This document shows positions 41,865 through 64,000 of a DNA stretch of 64,000 bases, piece by piece. The DNA is from Chrysomallon squamiferum (Eukaryota; Animalia; Mollusca). The stretch covers positions 12,338,001 through 12,402,000 of the forward strand of contig CM022671.1 of NCBI GenBank assembly GCA_012295275.1, in the 5' to 3' direction. The notes beneath the pieces were generated by a model. The model was not told the origin of the DNA. It ran no database searches and worked only from the letters and a program-made list of their open reading frames with translations. A program made the position numbers and the translations under genes. How positions within the stretch are numbered: the first letter of the stretch is position 1; each line of letters begins with the position of its first letter.

Positions 41865-43636
41865 GTTGTTCACTAAATAATTCTTGATTATATTTCAGGA
41901 TTTAATTACACCCTTTGGTCTTTGTGACCATACTCATTACACCCGTTCTCAATTACTTACATGACGTTCGGGAAGACTTGAATTTTGTTGGTTTAACTTC
42001 TTATTTTGGTCTTACGTTAATGAGTGATGGTTTCAAACATATTTCTATCTATGATAAATTTAATTTACACATTTACAATAATTACTACCTGCTCTGATTC
42101 GAAGCAGAACACTGCAAGATAGAGAGAACAGAAATCAAGTAGAATATGAATAACTCAATGAAAAAATACACTGGAATATAAAACCACTAGTGATAAAATA
42201 TTTTTATTTAAATCAATAAATAGGATAATGTTATTTCAGTGGACTAAATCATCTGGTTACAAACTGAAAATTTATTCTTACCTAAAGCGTCGCTTTTTTT
42301 ATTAGGTATATTACGGATTCTTTAACACCCCCCCCCTTCCAGGAATTTTGAAGAAAACGCAAAGGAGAAATAAAATCGCGAGAACTAGACTGTTTTTATC
42401 AGTCTGATCAGTATCTGTTCCATATTGAGGCGATCAAAGAATAATTGTTTAATATTCGTGATGGATTAAATTTAAAATATAGCCTTGTAAAAAATATTAG
42501 AAATAATAATAATGAAATTATGTCTTTTTATAAATAAATAAATAATAATAATAAAGAATAAATAAATAAAATACAGGAACAGAAGTGTTAAATTGCTTTT
42601 AAAATGTCCACATCTAAGATACAACATCTTCTAACAAACTAACATTCGTTTCCATTGTAATTTCTTTAATACAAACAGCAAACCGTTAGCAGTTTCTGAT
42701 TCCTTGGAACCAAAGCAGAGAGACAGAGAAAAATTACAAATGCTTAAAATTTCCTGATTTTTTTTCTTTTAATATCTTTCTCTATTTCTTATCTATCTAT
42801 CCATAAGAAATATATATATATATTGTAGTGAATTATAGAATATTCACAAAATCTTTACTTTCATATGTCCATGTAAAGCAGAATGTCTGTAACCTGTCAT
42901 CTTAAATAACATATTATGTTACGGTAATATTTATTTAGTTATCTTGTATAATTATGTTTTTATAATTTATATTTTTACAGTTCTTAACTGTTTATCAAAT
43001 TAATGACAGAAAATGGGGTAAATACACAAAAACTAAATAGCAGAGCGTATGCAGACGTACATGGGCTATTTAGAAGCTGTATTATATAATTAGGAGAAAT
43101 TTCATAATAAAGAAACACTGGGGTTTAACAAACTCAAAAGTGGCATTAAACGCAAAGTAAAGTCAGAAAGGCTATCTGCAGAGGTGTAGACTGAACACCC
43201 GAGCGATTGGTATATGCGTAGCGGCACGCGTTTTGAACGAGATCTCTTTGACCAGTGCCCTTCTTGAGAGTCTGTGTGGGCCGTCTGCACAAGACAAAGG
43301 AAAACGCAAACAATGGTAAATATATTTTAATGTTTTGTATATGTAACATACATAATGCACGATTTAAGATAACTAAATCTATTACTGTTGAATTTTTATG
43401 GTGTTATTCTGTGGTACGTACTTACATTTATAATACAAAGTTAACGTATTTTAATAATTAAAAAGAGTATTGCTCTGACTCTGCGTATGTTATTTTTGTC
43501 TATTTGCGTTTATTTTAAAGATATATCTAGGTATTCAAAGTTGTTGTTGAACTAAAACATTTAAATATATTTTTTTAATAATAAATTTTCACTTAATATT
43601 ATTTGCATGTTGGTTTATAATTGAGGAAAACTGAGT

Positions 43637-56982
<13,346 letters not shown>

Positions 56983-59900
56983 AGTGGAATATGTTTCCAA
57001 ACCCAAGACACATTCACAGTGGACGAAAGTTGTGGTCTGGACACACTTCGGTGCGTTCATTGAAGCATCGTATACAGAGCTAGACAATGATATATTTCAT
57101 GAAGAAGAGATTACAATGTGGAAATCACTAACAGCTCATATACAAAGTCAAATTCTCACGCAGCTAATACGAAATATTAAACTAATTAAAAAAATGTTGC
57201 TGTTATTCTGACAACATAAATACCTAAACCGTTATGTTTTTCAATAAATAAATTTCAAAAAGTAATGATATTCCGTTAGCCCAGTGAAATATTGTACTCA
57301 GGTAAGAAATACTATCCTATCGATAAAGTAGAATGAATTAGATTTATTGTTAGTCTGTTATTTCTGTATGAAAAGAGAATATGTTTCTAGCGGTATACAG
57401 ATATAAAACATAATCATATATAATCATATATGCATATCGTTAATCTGTTATGAACGAAATGAGACATAACAATTTAAATATCTACATGTATACATGTCTA
57501 AAACGGCTTATCTCGTTGGTCCCAAGTGAATCCAGTTTTGACAGAGCCCACTGTGTGTGTTTGTGTTTGTGTCTACGTATATGGTATAAAATATTATTTA
57601 TTACTTGTAATTGGTCTTCTAGCTGGTTTTCTTCATTTAGAGAAATACATCTATTTTTTATTATTATTTTAATTTTTTATTTATATACAAACTAATTTTT
57701 AGTTTAATATAAACATGTGCTTCTTAACAGTTTTTTTTTTTTTTTTTTTTATATTATTATTCATATTTTTTTTATTTCTTTTATAAATTAAGTAAATACC
57801 TACTTTATTAAAAAATGTGGTGTGTGCTTCTGGTTGAGAAGAAAATTAAGATTCTTGGTGCTAATCGAAAAAGATAAGCTCGAATAGTACATGTCTCGAC
57901 ATCGTGTTTCTACTCTCGTTAATTATACGATCCTTAACCATAACACCATATAAGCATTTATTAAGAATTTAAAAGTTTTCCTTCTTTACAGTGAAATACA
58001 ATATTTTATTATCAAATTTTAACTTTTCTGCTGAAATTAACAGCTCAGTTTTTTTTAGTCATTCGATCATGTTTTCGTAATTGCATTAAGTAATATTCGA
58101 TGTTGATCTTTTCTTTCCAGTTGTTTTATTTTATTTTAAGTAAAGAATGGCATCTAAACAAATCTGAAAACAGGCTATTTAACTATAGGCCAGTGTGGTA
58201 TACCACAAGTCAGATTATTAAATAACAGCATAGGAGGAACATAATATATGAAATTCCGGTATTATTATTATATGTAAGCAATGAGAAAAATAATAATAAG
58301 AAAAGAAGATAGGAATTAAAGTGAATTAAAAAAATACCCCCCCCCCAAAAAACAAAAGAAAACAACAACAACGAAGAACAACTACAGAAACAACAAAATG
58401 AAATTACTACAAAGATTCTTAAATTAATAATAATAATTTTTATTTTTAAATTTAAATTTTTTTTTAACATGCATGCTTGTGCTGTATTTATTTTAATTAA
58501 ATTGTTTTAAAATAAATAAATTAGTGACTAAAAAGCAAAGGGCATTTTATTTCCAGCAGATACTGAATTACAGTGTGCATGTAACTGGATGTTGCGCAAT
58601 AAAGCGTGATCATCGAGAAATCTAAGGAAAGATAACTCCATCGTTCACGTGCTTTCAAGGTTAAGCTGAACAAAACACCTTTATTTGGCTGACAAAGTGG
58701 TTTTTACTTTTTGGCCTTCTTACATAGTAAGTTGAATGTCATAAATAATTCAGTACAAATATGTGTGCATCATCATAGTTTTCTTTTAGTAGTATTTTTT
58801 GCTTGAACAAATGTTAGTCGATATTCGTGTGATTATGACAGTATTTGAGTATGTCTATGGGTATCTGTTTACTAGGTTTCGACAAAGAGAAAGGACAATG
58901 ACAGCGTGAATTTGATTTGGTTACTTTTGTGGAATGTTATTATTCAATTAATTCTTTAAAAAATTCGCTTTTATTTCTTGACATCACACCTAAAATTAAT
59001 AGCAATGCAGTAATGGTAAAAATGATGCAATTTGAATTTTCTAGAACTTCATCTTGCCTCGTCTTACTAGTCTGAGTAGTCAGTAGTCTGATATTAAAAT
59101 AGGATATATATAAATTATAATTATATAATACATCACATCACTCCAGTTTCTCTTGATTTGTAGTAATGAGACATTGAGCAGTTATTCTTCCCTCAACAAG
59201 TAGTTGATTAAATGAATTTTTATTTTATTATTATTCCCTTAACTTTCTAATCCTAATGATTGTCAGGTTATTTTAAATGGAGCAAAGCATTAAGGTTATT
59301 TAATCACTGTAACAATGCAAGATAATCTTTACAACATTCTGCCACTACAGTTGTAATGAACATTATATTTTATTTTGTATTTCAGTATAAATGTTTGCTC
59401 TAGTAAATAGAATTTTATTTTGAAATGAATGTCGGTCATTGCAGATCATATATAAAATACAGGATATAACATTTTTAGTATTATTTTTATTGTTATATTG
59501 CTGGCTATTGAATGAATATTGTGTACCCAAATAAGACTATCATTATTCTTTTACTCTGTAAAACGGTTCTCATTTTGTCTTGTAAATAAAATTTATTTTA
59601 AAAACTTGTTTTGTTAATACTAATTGTATATAGTAATCCATAACAAGTTTCAAAAGTGTTTTTCAGTTTCATGCTCTGATAGTAACTGGTCCAATGTGTC
59701 CCATTTAATGGTCCTATTGTGGGATATGTTGGACTTTTTGATAACTTATCAGTAAAACTTTTTACAAATGTAACTTTGGACAAGATGTTACTCACTCATC
59801 CCTATCAAGAATTTTGAACTTTATAACAAGAATGGACCTTTGAGAAACGGAAATTAAAAACATGACCCACTCACCCACTGAGATTTACATTAACAATAAT

Positions 59901-60906
59901 AGTAATAAAAAACAATATTATACTAAAGATTTCTTATTTAAAAATTTCTCTTGGAGAGATCATTCACATCCCTTTGAAATAGATGTAATGTTGTAAACTA
60001 CTCGGACTGGAAAAAATGGATCAAATATTTTATATTGTCTTTTAAATATTATATTGGGCATCTATGGGTATATTAAATTTGTTTTGGAAATAGTACTGAT
60101 AATAAAATATTTTTTTTAGTAAATATACTATGTTCTATGAAATAACCAAACAAACCTAAACTGTACATTTAAGATGTTTTTATATTGCTTTTGGTTTTCA
60201 GGAAGGTTAAAAAAAAAAAAAAAAAAATTAAAATAAAGTTAATATTTGTGGCCATACTACAGCAGTTACTTCACCTTTGTTACATATCAAGGTTCTTCAA
60301 ATTGTTTTTCAAGTAGACAGGATTTAGATTATAGTAGGGACCACACATTGTTTATCACATACACATACATTGTTTGATGACTTCTTAACTGACTCTGACA
60401 ACTATTTGCTCAACAATTCTGTAGTTCACGTTTTCACCTGACATTTTGCTGAGTGATTGTTGATTTGAGAATCTGATACAAACATTCCCACTACATAAAA
60501 GATTTTGCTATTTTATTGTCAAATAAAAATCACACACACACACACACACCAACACACACACACACACACACACACAGAGAATGAATTAAAATGACTTTGC
60601 AAAAACAAATTTCCACCTCGGGCATGTTTCCTTCATTCATATGAAAAAACCCCCATCAATTTCAGTTATTAAATTCAAAGCTTATAATATAGGCCCTACC
60701 AGACGAATTACAAAAGTAATGCATGTATTGTGCAAACTCTTTGAATTATATCTACACATGGACAGACATCAATAAACAATACAAATAAAAAGCATGAAAA
60801 AGGATTCACCATTATACAAAAGTTTCAGAACTACCTTTATTGCTAAGATGACATTAAATGTAATTAACAAAGGGATGATTTTTAAAATTTGTCTTTGCAG
60901 AACGAG

Positions 60907-62826
60907 ATGTCTAAGTTTGCACAGTGTTTGCCAGAAGGCTATGGCTTTGTTGTTTTGACAGGAGTTGGATCAACTTTTGTCAACATGTGGATGGCAATGA
61001 ATGTAATGAGAGCCCGTAAGAAGTATGAAGTAGAGGTAAATGTTGTGTTCACAAATTGTATACTTTCAAAAAAGTGCCTCCAAGTTAAAAAAAAAAAAAA
61101 ATTAAATCTAAATAACTGAAGCATATTAAACACAGTAGTATATGGGTGTTTTTCAATAATTAATGACTATCTTTTGGTTGTTGTTAATATTTTGAATTTA
61201 ATCATTCTTCTCGACCAATGAACCTTTGAATTGTTGTTAACATTTCATGAACTATTTGGTCAATTAAAAGTTCAGGACTGAGATGTACATTTGTCATTTT
61301 TTTACACAAAGTATGCTTATTTTGTAGTACCCAGATTTGTACAGCAAAACAAGCAAAGAGTTTAACTGTATTCAGAGAGCCCACCAACAGACGTAAGTAA
61401 ACAAAAGCCATTACAAGAAAATAATTTGACTTTTTACTTTTTTTACACCTTAAATTGTTGTATTTTTAATTTTGTATGCAGACAAAATAGAATTTTTTGT
61501 TTTAAGTATCATCAAAGAACAAATTTTTTTCCTTATTTAATAAAAAATGTTTTTATAGCTTAAATACTTCCCCCCTCAAAAGAAATATATCTATAAAAGC
61601 AGTGAGGAACTATTGGCTGATGCTTGATAAACAACAGCAAACACCTTTTGACAGAGAAAGTACTGTTTTGTGCCACAGAATTTAATGATATCTTTTTCTG
61701 GTTTACGAGACTAAACACTGTACTGATGTCTTCTACTTATTTCACTCCCAGGCTTGAATCACAGCCACAGTTTCTGATGCTCTTGTTTATTGGAGGCCTA
61801 CAATACCCGGTAAATATTTTCATCATAATGTATTTCTAATTTACTTAACTACCTTTCATTTTTGTGTTTAATGTCACATAGCTGACAAACTGGTTGTAAT
61901 TAGATGTGTAACAGATAAATGTAAAATTTAAAGTAAATATCCTGTAATAATTTTTTGAAGCACATAAGTTTTCCACATCTGAGTAAGACATAGTGTTTAA
62001 AACTGAAAAAGCATTTATGACATGTTTGTCACTAATCTAAATGCCATCATTATTTCAGAAAATATCTGCAGCTGTTGGAGCTGTGTACCTTGTTGCTAGA
62101 ATTGCCTATGCCACTGGCTACTATACTGGAGGTAAATATTTGTGAGAAATGCTAAATTACAGAAATGTTACTTTGATGAACAGTATATTATTCCCTAAAA
62201 TCTGGCCTAATTCTATTTAAAATTTAATATAAATAATTGCACATTAATTGGAAATCTGTATTCTGTGTGATGGAGTAAATACTTGGTGAAATGTTTTGTA
62301 AAATCATTATTTTGTGTTGAAAATTCAGATCCTGCAAAGAGAAGACGAGGGACCTTTGGACACTTTGCTGAATTGGTTCTCCTTGGCAATGTCATTTCCT
62401 TTGCCTGCCACCAGCTGAAATGGGTACCATTTGGTAAATAATTCTTAAAGTATGTTTCTTTTTATATATTCATTTATATACTGTAAATAGCAATACAGTG
62501 TATAAACTGAGGAAATGTCTTAAAAATCTCTTCACAGAAAAATAAAGTTAAAATTACAACTGTAATTAGGTTCAAAATTGTTGTGAGTATTTAGTTAAGT
62601 TTATAGTTTTATTAGTTATAGTAGTAGTAGAATAGTTGTAGTAATAATAGTGAAAACACTGTTACATATATTAAGATAAATAAAAAAATTATTAATCATT
62701 TATTAGTGATAATACAGATTGACATAATCTTTTAAAGTTATCATGAGATGAAAATAATTATTTTATTACTATTCATTTTCTGTTTTCCTTTATTGTTCTT
62801 CCCCAGGTAAATGCACACGTTGCTAG
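60907..62826 (+). CDS. MGST3: Microsomal glutathione S-transferase 3 (MAPEG family), 149 aa; exons 60907-61035, 61328-61392, 61752-61809, 62059-62131, 62329-62433, 62807-62826
   Basis: Six GT-AG exons summing to 450 nt: MSKFAQCLPEGYGFVVLTG...RARKKYEVE|YPDLYS...FNCIQRAHQQTLESQPQFL...GGLQYP...ARIAYATGYYTGDPAKRRRG...WVPFGKCTRC*. FNCIQRAHQ and GYYTGDP-KR-RG are MGST3 signatures. An acceptor at 60900 implies an upstream non-coding exon that I did not locate. Confidence 0.95.
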
Positions 62827-64000
62827 AGATGTTTGTGCCTGCAGACCAGAGTTGTTTAATTCCACGTCATAGATGTTGTGCTTTTTTCTGCAAATGTACT
62901 GCTCTTTACTGATTTTTAATGTTACCTCAGTACTTCTGTGAAAGAGTTATATACAGATTTTCAGTTTGGAAATATGAAAATGAAAAGCAATCTTTTTGAT
63001 TAAATTATATCAGGTTTGATAATAATTTTTCTCTAGCAGTATTAACATTCAAATTTTTAAGAATTTTTTGAACAATTATCTGTGTTGTGCACACATTTAT
63101 ATTTTCGAAAAACCATTAATTTACACTTTCAGGATTTTATTATTAGTGATCTATATAAAAGCTGTTTGGTATTAAAAATACAAAACACAGAAATAACTAA
63201 TGTCAGAATAAGCTTGAGTTAAATAAACATCAATTTCCAGTATATTTTAAATTTAGCTTTGACCTGTGTTTTGTACATATCTAATAGTGTATCATCTACT
63301 TGTATTTATATAACTACATCTTTGTAATATTATACAAGACAATTTTTGTTTTTGTTTTTTATAAGTACTATTGTGCTGTCTAACTTAATTGATGTTTTTA
63401 ACTGAAATATTTGATGTGACATCATACATCTGAAATTTTAAAATTTCCAATTGTAGTTGACAAAAATGTTTGATTATGAAATTGATTGTTACTTGCTTTT
63501 TCAATATTTCTTGTCATTAGTTAAATTATAAACAGTATTTGAAGACCAAACTTGGATATTTATCCTAATAAAAATTCTTAAATTCTTTTGATATGTATAT
63601 ATAAAAGTAGTCATTTTAATAATGTGAAAATACGTTGCCAAATCTGTCCTGAAGGACTGGCACCAGTAATAGGTTCTGTTTGTCTGAATTATGCAGACTT
63701 TGCAGTGAGTATAAGATGTTTGCTTTTAAGTAATTGTTTTGGTTCAATTACTGATTTAATGATCAGTCGGATTAAAACTGAGATAAACAAAACAAATTAT
63801 TTCTATGTTGTGGATTTACAGATTAAAAATGCAGTAAACTATTCTGGCCTGCAGGAAATGTTTTTCAAGAATGCAAGTATACAAACAAAAATCATTTGTG
63901 GCTTGAACGTTAATAGAATATTATTAGTCCTTAGTAAATGTTAGCAGTGTCAGATTTCATTTTTAAACTGAAAGTAACATGCTTGCTGAGCAGGTATGTG

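Noticed and set aside
63588-63944. 118-aa ORF downstream of MGST3
   Set aside because: Non-ATG start, AT-rich, no family similarity I can recognise; probably 3' UTR or intergenic.

Overview
AT-rich animal genomic DNA with GT-AG introns and many microsatellites; an invertebrate, plausibly a mollusc, though the taxon is inferred and not shown. Four complete spliced genes were rebuilt by hand, with intron phases summing to intact reading frames. (1) Minus strand: a signal-peptide, GPI-type alpha-carbonic anhydrase (8 exons, 303 aa, ~20 kb first intron). (2,3) Minus strand: two tandem SLC13/DASS (INDY-like) transporter paralogues. The downstream copy has canonical motifs (620 aa). The upstream copy (~615 aa) is substituted at all four Na+/substrate-binding motifs and has an intron-split ATG and a probable GC-AG intron. 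(4) Plus strand: MGST3 (149 aa), head-to-head with the upstream SLC13. The most unusual structure is repeated microsatellite-bounded copying. A ~2 kb block flanked by (CT)n and (GA)n occurs in both CA intron 1 and SLC13-B intron 4, and short splice-acceptor cassettes next to (CT)n tracts are duplicated three times, creating decoy acceptors; one is in frame with the CA signal peptide. This could be real biology or an assembly artefact. Also present: a 1.35 kb foldback element, a 32-bp hairpin minisatellite, several MITEs and an IRE-like hairpin in the CA 3' UTR. Most ORF-track entries are low-complexity noise.
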